64,000 nt of DNA, from NCBI GenBank assembly GCA_965223705.1, contig OZ245015.1:800001-864000 (forward strand), written 5' to 3'. Every line of letters begins with the position of its first letter. The stretch's first letter is position 1. Position numbers and translations under genes: made by a program. The DNA is from Myxococcota bacterium (GTDB lineage: Bacteria > Myxococcota_A > UBA9160 > UBA6930). The notes below the pieces were generated by a model. It was given only the letters and a program-made list of their open reading frames with translations. It had not been told where the DNA came from and did no database searches. Shown here one piece after another: positions 39,654 to 49,608 of this stretch.

Positions 39654-41129
39654 CTAGCGCACCGGGCGAATTTCACCGCGGTGGAGGCGGTCGAGGTAAT
39701 CGTCGAGATCCCGTTTGACGTAGCCCGAAAGCATCACCACACCGACGATATTGGGAAACGCCATCCCGAGCAGCATCAAGTCTCCGAAGTCGAGAACCGA
39801 CGAGGCGCTGGCGACGGCGCCGATCCAGGCGAACGTCACAAAGAGCACGCGGTAGACACCGACAGAGTCTTCGCCGAGGAGTCGCGCCCAAGCCTGCTCT
39901 CCGTAGTAGCTCCACGAGATCATGGTGCTGAAGGCGAACAACACGGCGGTGATCGACAAAATGATGGGGAACCAAGGGAAGACCTTTGCGAACGCCCAGG
40001 ACGTGAGCTGAATCCCGCCCCCGAGATCGGGTTGGAGGTACGCACCGGTGATCACGATGACGAGCCCCGTCATCGTGCACACGACGACGGTGTCGATGAA
40101 CGGTTCGAGAAGGGCCACGATTCCTTCGCGCACCGGCTCGTCGGTAGACGCGGCGGCGTGGGCGATGGGTGCGGAGCCGACGCCGGCCTCGTTGGAAAAG
40201 GCGGCGCGGCGAAACCCCTGGATCACGACGGCGGTCATTCCGCCCCACGCGGCGGCCTCGGGCGCGAAGGCAGCGCGCACGATGGTCGCCAGTGCGTCAC
40301 CGACTTGATCGATGTGGATCCCGAGCACCAGTAAGCCCGCGACGATGTAGATGGCGCACATTCCGGGTACGAGAACCGCAGCGACTTCGCCGATGCGTTT
40401 GATTCCGCCGATGATGACGACCCCGACCAGCGTGGCGAGGACCAAACCGAAAATGGCAGCGCCAAAACGATCCGAGAGGAAGGGGAGTACGCCCGCCACC
40501 TGAGCATACGATTGGTTGGCCTGGAACATGTTCCCGCCGCCGAAGCTCGCTCCGATACACAAGATCGAGAACACCACGGACAGAAACGCGCCGAAGCGTG
40601 GCCAGCCGAGCTCCGAGAGGCCTTGCGACAGGTAGTGCATGGGCCCGCCCGACACCGTTCCGTCGGAGCGCACCACTCGGTAGCGCTGGCCGAGGGTGCA
40701 CTCGGCGAACTTCGAGCTCATGCCGAGAAGGCCCGCGAGGACCATCCAGAAAACCGCGCCGGGTCCACCCTTGGAGACAGCGAACGCCACCCCGGCGATG
40801 TTTCCCAAGCCGACGGTCGCCGAAAGCGCCGCCGAGAGCGCTTGAAAGTGCGAAATCTCCCCCACCTCGTCGGCGCGCGTAAACCGGCCGCGTACGCACG
40901 CAACCGCGTGACGAAAAGCCCGTACGTTGATGAAGTGAAAGCGCCCGGTGAAAAAGAGCGCGCCAAAAATCAGCCAAACGATCAGGAGGGGAAGCTCGAC
41001 CTCATCGGCGCGGCCGTTGTCCCAGAACGCGACGTCGAAGAAGAACACCGCTGAAATCGGTTCGACGATCCAGCGGGCGAACACCTGATCGAGCAGCGAG
41101 AAGAATCCCGCCTGCGGCGTGGGGTCCAC
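39654..41129 (-). CDS. Alanine/glycine:cation symporter (AGCS family)
   Basis: SATVGLGNIAGVA, GGPMHYL, GNMFQAN, FSNEAGVGSAPIAH, EPFIDT. Confidence 0.93.
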   Translation of the reverse strand: MDPTPQAGFFSLLDQVFARWIVEPISAVFFFDVAFWDNGRADEVELPLLIVWLIFGALFFTGRFHFINVRAFRHAVACVRGRFTRADEVGEISHFQALSAALSATVGLGNIAGVAFAVSKGGPGAVFWMVLAGLLGMSSKFAECTLGQRYRVVRSDGTVSGGPMHYLSQGLSELGWPRFGAFLSVVFSILCIGASFGGGNMFQANQSYAQVAGVLPFLSDRFGAAIFGLVLATLVGVVIIGGIKRIGEVAAVLVPGMCAIYIVAGLLVLGIHIDQVGDALATIVRAAFAPEAAAWGGMTAVVIQGFRRAAFSNEAGVGSAPIAHAAASTDEPVREGIVALLEPFIDTVVVCTMTGLVIVITGAYLQPDLGGGIQLTSWAFAKVFPWFPIILSITAVLFAFSTMISWSYYGEQAWARLLGEDSVGVYRVLFVTFAWIGAVASASSVLDFGDLMLLGMAFPNIVGVVMLSGYVKRDLDDYLDRLHRGEIRPVR

Positions 41130-41257
41130 GGTCCACCTCTCGAGGGGCAGGGATTTCTTGGGGGGACCCGGGCCCGCTAAGATAAGGTCTCCGACAACAC
41201 CTGGAAAGCGCGGAACGGGCGGCGATCGCCTCCGAGCCTCGCCCGAGGAGAAGACCC

Positions 41258-42445
41258 ATGCGAGAAGCCGTCATCGTCGCCAACGCCCGAACGCCGATGG
41301 CCAAGTCCTACAGGGGATCATTCAACATGACGCGCCCCGATGACCTGGCATCCCACGCGATCAACGCCGCGCTCGAGCAAGTTCCGGCGCTCGACAAGAA
41401 CGAGATCGAAGACGTGGTGATGGGGTGTGCGCTGCCGGAAGGGCCCTCGGGGTCGAACGTGGCGCGTATCGCGGCACTCGGCGCGGGTCTCGATGCTTCC
41501 GTGGCCGCGACAACCGTGAATCGCTTTTGCTCCTCCGGACTCCAGGCGGTCGCGATGGCGGCGCACCGCGTGATCGTCGACGGCTGCGACGTGACGCTCG
41601 GCGGCGGCACGGAATCGATCAGCCTCGTGCAGAACGACAAGATGCGCACGAAAGATCTGCCGAACAAACGCGTTTCCGAGATGTGGCCCGGTATCTATAT
41701 GGGTATGGGCATGACCGCCGAAGTTGTGGCTTCGCGCTACGGAATTTCCCGAGAGGATCAGGACCGCTACGGCGTGCGTTCACAGGAGCTCACGGCGAAA
41801 GCGCAGAAAGACGGTGTGCTCGGCGAATGCATCGCTCCGATCACCGTCACGCGCGGCGTGAAGCAGAAAGACGGCGATTTCAAGGTCGAGGAGGGATATG
41901 TCTGCAGTCAGGACGAATGCAACCGCCCCGGTACGACGCTGGCCGACCTCGAGAAACTGAAGCCCGCGTTTACCGAAGACGGCTCGGTCACGGCGGGGAA
42001 CGCGTCCCAGTTCTCCGACGGTGCTTCGGCGACGATCGTGATGTCGAGCGAGCGAGCGAAGCAGTTGGGGCTCGCACCGATGGGCATCTTCCGCGGCCTG
42101 CAAGTCGCGGGGTGCAACCCGGACGAAATGGGAATCGGGCCCGTCTTCGCCGTTCCGAAGCTTCTCGAGCGCGCGGGCCTCACCATGGACGACATCGATG
42201 TGGTCGAGCTCAACGAGGCCTTCGCATCCCAGGTCCTGTATTGCCAACGACAACTCGAGATCCCGGATGAGAAGCTGAACCCGTTGGGCGGATCGATTTC
42301 CATCGGCCACCCCTACGGAATGACGGGTTCGCGGATGACCGGGCAACTGTTGCGTCACCTGAAGCGCACCGGCGGGCGGTACGGGATCGTCACGATGTGC
42401 GTCGGCGGCGGCATGGGCGCAGCGGGCCTGTTCGAAGCCTGTTAG
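41258..42445 (+). CDS. Acetyl-CoA C-acyltransferase (thiolase)
   Basis: NRFCSSG, NEAF, GHPYG, CVGGGMG. Confidence 0.93.
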   Translation: MREAVIVANARTPMAKSYRGSFNMTRPDDLASHAINAALEQVPALDKNEIEDVVMGCALPEGPSGSNVARIAALGAGLDASVAATTVNRFCSSGLQAVAMAAHRVIVDGCDVTLGGGTESISLVQNDKMRTKDLPNKRVSEMWPGIYMGMGMTAEVVASRYGISREDQDRYGVRSQELTAKAQKDGVLGECIAPITVTRGVKQKDGDFKVEEGYVCSQDECNRPGTTLADLEKLKPAFTEDGSVTAGNASQFSDGASATIVMSSERAKQLGLAPMGIFRGLQVAGCNPDEMGIGPVFAVPKLLERAGLTMDDIDVVELNEAFASQVLYCQRQLEIPDEKLNPLGGSISIGHPYGMTGSRMTGQLLRHLKRTGGRYGIVTMCVGGGMGAAGLFEAC

Positions 42446-42455
42446 CGAGCTCACC

Positions 42456-44618
42456 TTGACCGATGACTGCACGCGAACTCTTTCGGAGTTCGCTTCGAAA
42501 GAGCTCGTTCGGAGCTTCGGCGTCTTGACGGCTCGGGAATCGCTCGTCGCGACCGCGGCGGAAGCGGTTGCCGCCGCCGCGAAAATCGGCGGGCCGGTCG
42601 CGCTCAAGTTGTGTGGCGACGAGATCGCCCACAAGACCGAGCGCGACCTCGTTCGTCTCGACGTGGTCGGCAGCATCGACGTCGAGCGCGTTTCCGAAGA
42701 GCTACTCGCGAAAGCCACGCCCGATGACGGGGACGTCGGCATTTTGGTCGCGGAGATGGTGGGGGGGCGGCGCGAGCTCATCGCGGGCCTGGTGCGCGAC
42801 CCGAACTTCGGTCCCTGCGTCATGCTCGGGCTCGGCGGCGTTCTCACCGAGGCGCTCGGCGATGTGGTTTTCGCGCGCGTCCCGTTGGCGCCGGGTCGCG
42901 CGCACCGGCTCGTCGAGGAGCTCGATTCCGCGAGACTCGTAACGGAAGCCTTCCGAGGAGAACCCCCGATCGATCGCGGTGCCCTCGCGGACGTTCTCGT
43001 CGGATTGTCGCGTCTGGCGGAATCTCGCCCGGACGTCGTGTCCGTGGATCTCAATCCCTTGGTGGTTTCGGGCGGTCGGCCCATCGCGGTGGACGCGTTG
43101 GTCGAGCTCGGCGAGCCGGCTGGGGTAAGCGCGCCGCGGGCGCGGCGCAGCGACCGCGAAGTCCTCGCGCGCCTCGATCCCCTCTTCAAGCCCGAAGGCA
43201 TCGTCGTCGCTGGGGTTTCTTCACACCCGGGAAAATTCGGCTTCGTCGCCTACCACAACTTGCGGCGCTTCGGTTATCTCGGAGCCCTGTTTCCCGTCAA
43301 TCGAGACGGTGCTTCGGTACTGGGCGCCGAAACGCTGCGCGACATCTCGGACGTACCCGAGGGCGCGGCGGACTTGATCTTTGTCTGCACTCCCTATTCG
43401 TCCAACATCGAACTGCTTCGGGGGGCCGCGGCCCGGGGCGTTCGGGCCGCGTTCATCGCGAGCGGCGGCTATGCGGAGACCGGTGAGGAAGGCCGCGCGC
43501 TCCAGGAAGAGCTCGTTCGTACGGCGGAAGAGCTCGGTATGGTCGTCGCGGGTCCAAACGGGCAGGGTGTCATCTCGACGCCGCGTTCGATGTGCGCGCA
43601 GATCGTCGCGCCCTTTCCGCCGCCCGGTCATATCTCGGTCGCCAGCCAGAGCGGCAACCTCGTCTCGAGCTATCTGAACTACGCGTGCCTGACCGGCGTC
43701 GGTGTTTCCAAAGCCGTCGCTGCCGGAAACTCGGCGCAGCTCACCTTGGCGGACTACATGGAGTACTTCGCCGCGGACCCCGATACCCAGGTCGGGTTGA
43801 CTTACCTCGAGGGGGTGGGCGACGGCGATCGTTTCTACGAAGCGGCGGAACGGCTGACCGAGAAGAAGCCGCTCGTGCTCGTGAAAGGCGGCGCGGAAGC
43901 GGCCGGGGCGCGCGCCGCCGCCAGTCACACGGGTTCTCTGGCCAGCGACGATCGCGTGTTTTCGGGTGTGTGCCGCCAACTGGGGATCACTCGCGCGGAG
44001 ACCGTCGAACACGCGTACGAGTACGCGGCGACCTTCGCGACCCAACCGCTTCCGAACGGTCGCAACACGATCGTTTTTACGACTGCAGGCGGATGGGGTG
44101 TGCTCGCTGCAGATGCCTGCGCCAAAGCCGGACTGGTGCAGATCGAGCTGCCCGAAGACTTACGGCGTGACATCGATCAGCTGGTTCCACCGCGCTGGAG
44201 CCGCGCGAACCCCATCGATCTCGCCGGCGGTGAAACACGCGACACCATTCCGGAAGTCATGGAACTCGTCTGTGCCCATCCAGACGTCCATGCGGTGATC
44301 TACCTCGGGATCGGAATCCAGTCCGCTCAAGCCCACGCGTTCTCCTCGGGACCGTTTCACCCGGGCTACGGGCTCGATCGCATCGCCGATTTTCATCGGC
44401 GTCAGGATCGCCGCTACGCGGAAGCCGCCCACGAGGCTTCTTCGAAGTATCAGAAGCCCGTGCTGACCGCGAGCGAGCTCGTTTACGCGGACCGTGGCTA
44501 CGGGAACCCGGGGCCCCAGGGCGTCCGCGAAACGGGTCGGCTGTGCTACCCGAGCGCCCATCGCGCGATCGATTGCCTGCGCGTCTTGTGCGAGTACGCT
44601 GAGTTTCGGGAGCGCTAG
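42456..44618 (+). CDS. ADP-forming acyl-CoA synthetase (acetate-CoA ligase family), ATP-grasp domain first
   Basis: LSEFASKE, AHKTE, DLNPL, then CoA-binding domain, GPNGQG, SQSG, ASHTG, NPIDL. Confidence 0.85.
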   Translation: MTDDCTRTLSEFASKELVRSFGVLTARESLVATAAEAVAAAAKIGGPVALKLCGDEIAHKTERDLVRLDVVGSIDVERVSEELLAKATPDDGDVGILVAEMVGGRRELIAGLVRDPNFGPCVMLGLGGVLTEALGDVVFARVPLAPGRAHRLVEELDSARLVTEAFRGEPPIDRGALADVLVGLSRLAESRPDVVSVDLNPLVVSGGRPIAVDALVELGEPAGVSAPRARRSDREVLARLDPLFKPEGIVVAGVSSHPGKFGFVAYHNLRRFGYLGALFPVNRDGASVLGAETLRDISDVPEGAADLIFVCTPYSSNIELLRGAAARGVRAAFIASGGYAETGEEGRALQEELVRTAEELGMVVAGPNGQGVISTPRSMCAQIVAPFPPPGHISVASQSGNLVSSYLNYACLTGVGVSKAVAAGNSAQLTLADYMEYFAADPDTQVGLTYLEGVGDGDRFYEAAERLTEKKPLVLVKGGAEAAGARAAASHTGSLASDDRVFSGVCRQLGITRAETVEHAYEYAATFATQPLPNGRNTIVFTTAGGWGVLAADACAKAGLVQIELPEDLRRDIDQLVPPRWSRANPIDLAGGETRDTIPEVMELVCAHPDVHAVIYLGIGIQSAQAHAFSSGPFHPGYGLDRIADFHRRQDRRYAEAAHEASSKYQKPVLTASELVYADRGYGNPGPQGVRETGRLCYPSAHRAIDCLRVLCEYAEFRER

Positions 44619-45424
44619 CCCAAGATCGCTCGGTCGAGATCCACGCCCACGGGGCAGTGATCGGAGCCCATGACCTCGGGCGTGATGAACGCGCGTCGCA
44701 CGAACTTCATCGCGGCCGGCGATGCGAGGACGTAGTCGATCCGCCAACCGATATTTTTCGCGCGAACGCCGGCGCGCTGACTCCACCAGCTGTAGTGACC
44801 TTCGCCCGGCTCGAAGTGCCGAAACGTGTCCACCCACCCCGCATCGAGCCAGCGCGTAAACTCGCGGCACTCCTTCGGCAGGAAACCGCTGATCTCGCGG
44901 TTCTGTTTCGGTCGAGCGAGATCGATCTCGGTGTGGGCGGTGTTGAAATCGCCCATCACCAAGACGCGTAGCCCGCTTCTTCGGAGCGCTTCGAGCCGTT
45001 CGAAGAGTTTCTTGTAGAACGCGAGCTTGAACGGGACGCGGCTGTTGTCGCGGTCTTTGCCTTTGCCGTTCGGGAAGTACACGTTCGCCACCGCGAGCCG
45101 GCCGAAACGGGCGATCTGGACGCGGCCCTCCGCGTCGAAGCGCTTCACGCCGAGTTCGGTTTCGACGCGATCCGGTGTCATACGCGAGTAGAGACCGACG
45201 CCGCTGTAACCCTTCCGGACCGCCGAGGCGAAATGCACGTCCCAACCGCTCGAATCGGTGAGCTCGGTCGGAAGCTGTTCACGTTCCGCACGAACTTCCT
45301 GCACGCCGACGATCGTGCCACCACTCGCGTCGAGCCACTTGTTGAAGCCTTTCTTCGCGCAGGCCCGGAGACCGTTTACGTTCCACGAGAGGACGCGCAC
45401 ATCGTTGTCGTTTTGCTTAGGCAT
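44615..45424 (-). CDS. xth: Exodeoxyribonuclease III (AP endonuclease)
   Basis: SWNVNGLRA, QEVR, GYSGV, GDFNTAH, GWRIDY, GSDHCP. Confidence 0.95.
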   Translation of the reverse strand: MPKQNDNDVRVLSWNVNGLRACAKKGFNKWLDASGGTIVGVQEVRAEREQLPTELTDSSGWDVHFASAVRKGYSGVGLYSRMTPDRVETELGVKRFDAEGRVQIARFGRLAVANVYFPNGKGKDRDNSRVPFKLAFYKKLFERLEALRRSGLRVLVMGDFNTAHTEIDLARPKQNREISGFLPKECREFTRWLDAGWVDTFRHFEPGEGHYSWWSQRAGVRAKNIGWRIDYVLASPAAMKFVRRAFITPEVMGSDHCPVGVDLDRAILG

Positions 45425-47318
45425 CGCCGGTCAGGTACGTGTATTCGGACAGCCCCTCCGCGAAGTGCTGTCGCAGGAGTTTCGACTCGTCGAGCGTGAT
45501 GCGACCCTCGCGCAGGGCCCGCTCGCTGGCGCGCCGCACGCGCTCGATCATCGCGCGGCGATCGTACTGTACGTAAGCCAAAACGTCGGTGACCTCGTCG
45601 CCCTCGACCACGTGCTCGATGGAAATATCACCGCTCGCATCGAGGCGAACGTGAACCGCATCGGTGTCCCCGAACAAGTTGTGGAGATCGCCGAGAATTT
45701 CCTGGTATGCCCCGACGAGGAACATGCCGACAAAGTAAGGCTCGCCGTTCCAGGAGTGCAGCTCGAGTACGTCTTTGACGTCTCGCTGATCGATGAACCG
45801 ATCGATCTTTCCGTCGCTGTCACAGGTCAGGTCGGCGAATACGCCGCGGCGGGTCGGTATCTCGTCGAGGCGGTGGATCGGGACCACGGGGAAGAGCTGC
45901 TTCACGGCCCAATGATCCGGCGCACTCTGGAACACGGAGAGATTGCCAAAGTAGGTGTCCGCCAGTCCGCGTTCCAAATCGAGGAGCTCTTCGGGAATTT
46001 GTGGGAGCTCGCTCGCGGTCCGTTGGATCTTTTTCGCACAGGCAAAGAAAAGCCGCTCGACGCGTGCGCGGTCTGTCAGCGACAACTGGCCCAGCGAGAA
46101 GAGGGTGATTCCATCCTCCCGGAGTTGCATCGCGTCGTGATACGCCTCGAGCACGTTCTTGCGAGTGATCGTATTCCAAACTTCCCCGAGATCGACTAGG
46201 ACTTTCGGATCGTCTTCGGCGACGGTCTCCTCGTTGGGTTCCGATCCCAGCTCGTTCACACCCAGTACATCGAAAATCAGCACGGAGTGGTGCGCCACCA
46301 TCCAGCGGCCGGCTTCGGTGACGATGTCCGGGTGCGGACACTCGCGCTCATCGCAGGCCGCTTGGATCTCGGCGACCACGTCGTTGGTGTACTCCTGCAC
46401 CGAGTAGTTCTTCGACGAGGGAAAGTTGGTCTGCGAGCCGTCGTAGTCCACGGCCAGACCGCCGCCAACGTCGATGATCGAAGGCGCGGCCCCCAGCTCG
46501 TGGAGCCCGACGAAAACCCGGCTGGCTTCACGGAGCGCGTCTTTGTGCGCGCGGATAGCGGTGATTTGAGAGCCGATGTGAAAGTGAAGAAGTTCGAGGC
46601 AGTCGAGCAGGTCTTGGCTGCGAAGGAGCGAAACCGTGCGCACGATTTCGTCCGCGGTCAGCCCGAACTTCGAGCGCGCGCCGGTCGAGGCTTCCCAGCG
46701 CCCGGCGCCCCGGGCGGAGAGCCGGGCCCGGATACCCAGGTGCGGCCTGATCCCGAGCTCCGCCGCGCACTTCACGACCAGTTCCACTTCGGGAAAACGA
46801 TCGATCACGATGATGGGGTGACGCCCGAGGCGTTGTGCCAGCAGCGCCGTTTCGATGTATGCGCGGTCCTTGTAGCCGTTGCAGACGATCAGCGCGTCTT
46901 CGGTGTCGAGTTCCGCCAGCGCGATCAAGAGCTCGGGTTTGCTGCCGGCTTCGAGTCCCATCCCGAGGCGCGAACCGATCGAGACGATTTCTTCGACCAC
47001 GTGGCGTTGCTGATTGACTTTGATGGGATACACACCGCGAAACCGGCCCCGGTATTCGTATTCTTCGATCGCTCCCTGGAACGACGCGACCAGGTGTTCC
47101 ATCCGGCGCGCGAGAATCTCCGGGAACCGGAGGAGGAGTGGCGTGCGAAGCCCCCGTCGCTTCAGATCGTCGACGAGCGACAGAAGGTCGACGCGAGCTG
47201 TGCCGTTTCCGTCGGGGCGCACTTCCAAGTGGCCCGTCTCGTTGATCCCGAAGAAACCTTGTCCCCAATTGGGGATGCCGTACAGCTCCGAGTTGTCGCG
47301 GATGATGCGTCGGTTCAT
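45417..47318 (-). CDS. speA: Biosynthetic arginine decarboxylase
   Basis: YPIKVNQ, GLEAGSKPEL, HFHIGSQ, DLTCDSDG, GAYQEILGDLHNLFG. Confidence 0.95.
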   Translation of the reverse strand: MNRRIIRDNSELYGIPNWGQGFFGINETGHLEVRPDGNGTARVDLLSLVDDLKRRGLRTPLLLRFPEILARRMEHLVASFQGAIEEYEYRGRFRGVYPIKVNQQRHVVEEIVSIGSRLGMGLEAGSKPELLIALAELDTEDALIVCNGYKDRAYIETALLAQRLGRHPIIVIDRFPEVELVVKCAAELGIRPHLGIRARLSARGAGRWEASTGARSKFGLTADEIVRTVSLLRSQDLLDCLELLHFHIGSQITAIRAHKDALREASRVFVGLHELGAAPSIIDVGGGLAVDYDGSQTNFPSSKNYSVQEYTNDVVAEIQAACDERECPHPDIVTEAGRWMVAHHSVLIFDVLGVNELGSEPNEETVAEDDPKVLVDLGEVWNTITRKNVLEAYHDAMQLREDGITLFSLGQLSLTDRARVERLFFACAKKIQRTASELPQIPEELLDLERGLADTYFGNLSVFQSAPDHWAVKQLFPVVPIHRLDEIPTRRGVFADLTCDSDGKIDRFIDQRDVKDVLELHSWNGEPYFVGMFLVGAYQEILGDLHNLFGDTDAVHVRLDASGDISIEHVVEGDEVTDVLAYVQYDRRAMIERVRRASERALREGRITLDESKLLRQHFAEGLSEYTYLTGDA

Positions 47319-48610
47319 CGCAGGTTCTCGTGGCCCGGCAGGGCGACGTCTCGCTCCTCGCGAGACGCGAGATCTCGGGCTCGGGCAACGCCGCGCGCGA
47401 GCTCTTCTTCACCGACGACATAGAGTGTTCGCGCACCGGCGCGGTCCGCTTCCTGGAGGGCTTTCTTCACCCGCATCGGAGCGAGTGCGAGCTCGATCGA
47501 TTGTCCGTCCGCACGGAGCGCTCGCGCCAGCGACGCAGCCGCGCGTTGCTCCGGGGCGCCGAGCGCCAGGACGAATCCGTCGACGTGGTGGCGAAGTTCG
47601 GGCAGCAGATTCCGATCGCGGAGAAGTTCCGTGATCACCGCATCGCCGAAACCAAAACCTGCGGCGGGGAGCGATTTTCCACCGAGTGTTTCCAAGAGGC
47701 GGTCGTAGCGACCGCCTCCCGCAATCGCGCGCAGCGAACCCGTCGAATCGAACGCTTCGAAGACAACGCCCGTGTAGTAAGCCAAACCGCGCACCACGGA
47801 CGCGTCGAACTCGACGCGGTCGACAATCCCGTAGGCATCGAGAAGCTCGAACAATTCGCGGAGCGCCGCGAAACCCGCAGAGTGTTCCGCGACCGCAGCC
47901 GCCGCGTCGTCGAGTGAACGGACCGAAAGCATCGCAACACAATCCTGTGCCGCGGATCGCGAGATCCCGACCGGACCCGCGGAATCGCACAGTTGATCGA
48001 CGACGGCGTCGCTCCCGATTTTGTCGATCTTGTCGATGATGACGCACAGTGGCGCGAACGCTTCGGGCCGCTCCGCCAGAACGCCTCTTCGGAGGGACTC
48101 TTCAAGGACGGCGCGACTGTTCAAGCGCATCCGGACCGCGTCAGCCGGCAGACCCATGGCGTCGAGGGCGCTGAAGAGCGCGGAGATCAGTTCTGCTTCG
48201 GCCGAGGGTCCGGCCTCGCCCCAGATGTCGCAGTTCCACTGGTAGTGTTCTCGCCGTCGGCCGCGGGTCATTCGTTCGTAGCGCCAACACTGTGGGATGC
48301 TGAACCAACGAAGAGGCAGGCGGGCGCTTCCGGCGCGCCGTTGCACCATTCGCGCGAGCGACGGCGTGAACTCCGGGCGCAGGGCGAGGTGTCGATCGTG
48401 CAGCTCGAAGTGGTACAGCTGGTCGACGATCTCTTCGCCGGCCTTGCGGATGAAGAGATCCGCGTGCTCGACCATGGGGGCATCGACTTCTTCGAAGCCG
48501 AACCGGCGCGACACTTCTCGAAAATGGCCGAAGAGCCAGTTGCGTTGCCGCATATCTTCGGGGAAGAAATCGCGCGTGCCTCGAGGCGGATTCGTGTCGG
48601 TCTTCGCCAT
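47315..48610 (-). CDS. hisS: Histidine--tRNA ligase
   Basis: PRGTRDF, LRPEFT, WRYER...REHYQ, RGLAYYTG, GGGRYD. Confidence 0.95.
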   Translation of the reverse strand: MAKTDTNPPRGTRDFFPEDMRQRNWLFGHFREVSRRFGFEEVDAPMVEHADLFIRKAGEEIVDQLYHFELHDRHLALRPEFTPSLARMVQRRAGSARLPLRWFSIPQCWRYERMTRGRRREHYQWNCDIWGEAGPSAEAELISALFSALDAMGLPADAVRMRLNSRAVLEESLRRGVLAERPEAFAPLCVIIDKIDKIGSDAVVDQLCDSAGPVGISRSAAQDCVAMLSVRSLDDAAAAVAEHSAGFAALRELFELLDAYGIVDRVEFDASVVRGLAYYTGVVFEAFDSTGSLRAIAGGGRYDRLLETLGGKSLPAAGFGFGDAVITELLRDRNLLPELRHHVDGFVLALGAPEQRAAASLARALRADGQSIELALAPMRVKKALQEADRAGARTLYVVGEEELARGVARARDLASREERDVALPGHENLR

Positions 48611-48619
48611 GACGGTGGC

Positions 48620-49399
48620 CTAGCCGGACGCGATCGCTAGGAGGGCGCGATTCGCGACCTCGATACAAGCGTCCATATTGCGGTCGAGCTCGATCGCCGA
48701 GGGGCCGGGCCACGGCGTAAGGTCCGACACGACACAGATGCATCCCGCGCGAACGCCGAAGAGGGCGGCCAGCGTGAGCAGGGTGCCCGCCTCCATCTCG
48801 CAATTCGTCACGCGCGCGGCTTGCATCGCTTCGAGCTTCTCCCGATGGGCGGCCGTCCAGTAGCCCCCGACGCTCATCGACGAGAGCTGATCGCCCTCGC
48901 CCTTCACGGCGTTGCGGATGTAGAACGCATCGAGGGACCAGGTGATGCCGGCCCGGCAGGGCACGTCGACGCCCGCACTCGCATCCATCAGAGCGGAGAC
49001 CAAGCGGTAGTCTGCAACGGCGGGGTAGGAGGGGTCGACGTAGCTCTTCGACGTTCCGTCATCCCGTACACAGCCCGTCGTGACGACTAGGTCGCCGATC
49101 GCGACGTCCGCTGCGAGTCCGCCGCTGTTGCCAATACGCAACAAATCGCGGACGCCGAGTTTGACCAACTCTTCTACAAGGATGGCGGTCGAGGGCGCGC
49201 CAATTCCGGTCGAAGCCGCCGCCACCGGCACGCCGTCTCGTTCGCCCCGAATCACGCGGTATTCCCGCACGGAAACGAGCTCCTCGACCCCGCTCCAGCT
49301 CTCGGCGATGCGTGGAACCCGGGCGGGGTCCCCGCACAGGAAAACCCGGGGCGGAACTTGCCCGGGGCGTAGGCCGGTGATGGGTTGGGCGTCGCTCAT
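48620..49399 (-). CDS. Nucleoside (uridine-type) phosphorylase
   Basis: GDPARV, REY, STGIGAPS, RIGNSG, RDDGTS, NCEME. Confidence 0.88.
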   Translation of the reverse strand: MSDAQPITGLRPGQVPPRVFLCGDPARVPRIAESWSGVEELVSVREYRVIRGERDGVPVAAASTGIGAPSTAILVEELVKLGVRDLLRIGNSGGLAADVAIGDLVVTTGCVRDDGTSKSYVDPSYPAVADYRLVSALMDASAGVDVPCRAGITWSLDAFYIRNAVKGEGDQLSSMSVGGYWTAAHREKLEAMQAARVTNCEMEAGTLLTLAALFGVRAGCICVVSDLTPWPGPSAIELDRNMDACIEVANRALLAIASG

Positions 49400-49608
49400 T
49401 GGGGTGCGCTCATTGGTTGGGAGAAGACAGGAAACGCAGCGTTGCGGACGGGTTGGCGCGATGCAACTCCCCGAGAACGAGTTCTTTTCCCCTGGGGGAG
49501 AAGTCGCCTCGGCTCGTTGGCCGAGGGGCCAAACTTGTCACCGTGGCGAGAGGAGGCTAACCGTGGCCAGCCAGGGGGGCGGTCGACGCCGAGCCGACGA
49601 GAGGTCAT

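Noticed and set aside
41130..41257. Possible glycine riboswitch upstream of the AGCS symporter
   Set aside because: Only a CTTTCCAGG-like fragment is present; the GGAGA/CCGAAG core is missing and the space is short
49430..49608. Hairpins in the phosphorylase/topB intergenic region as an ncRNA
   Set aside because: Short GC stems with no recognisable tRNA, SRP or riboswitch motif; consistent with a divergent promoter region
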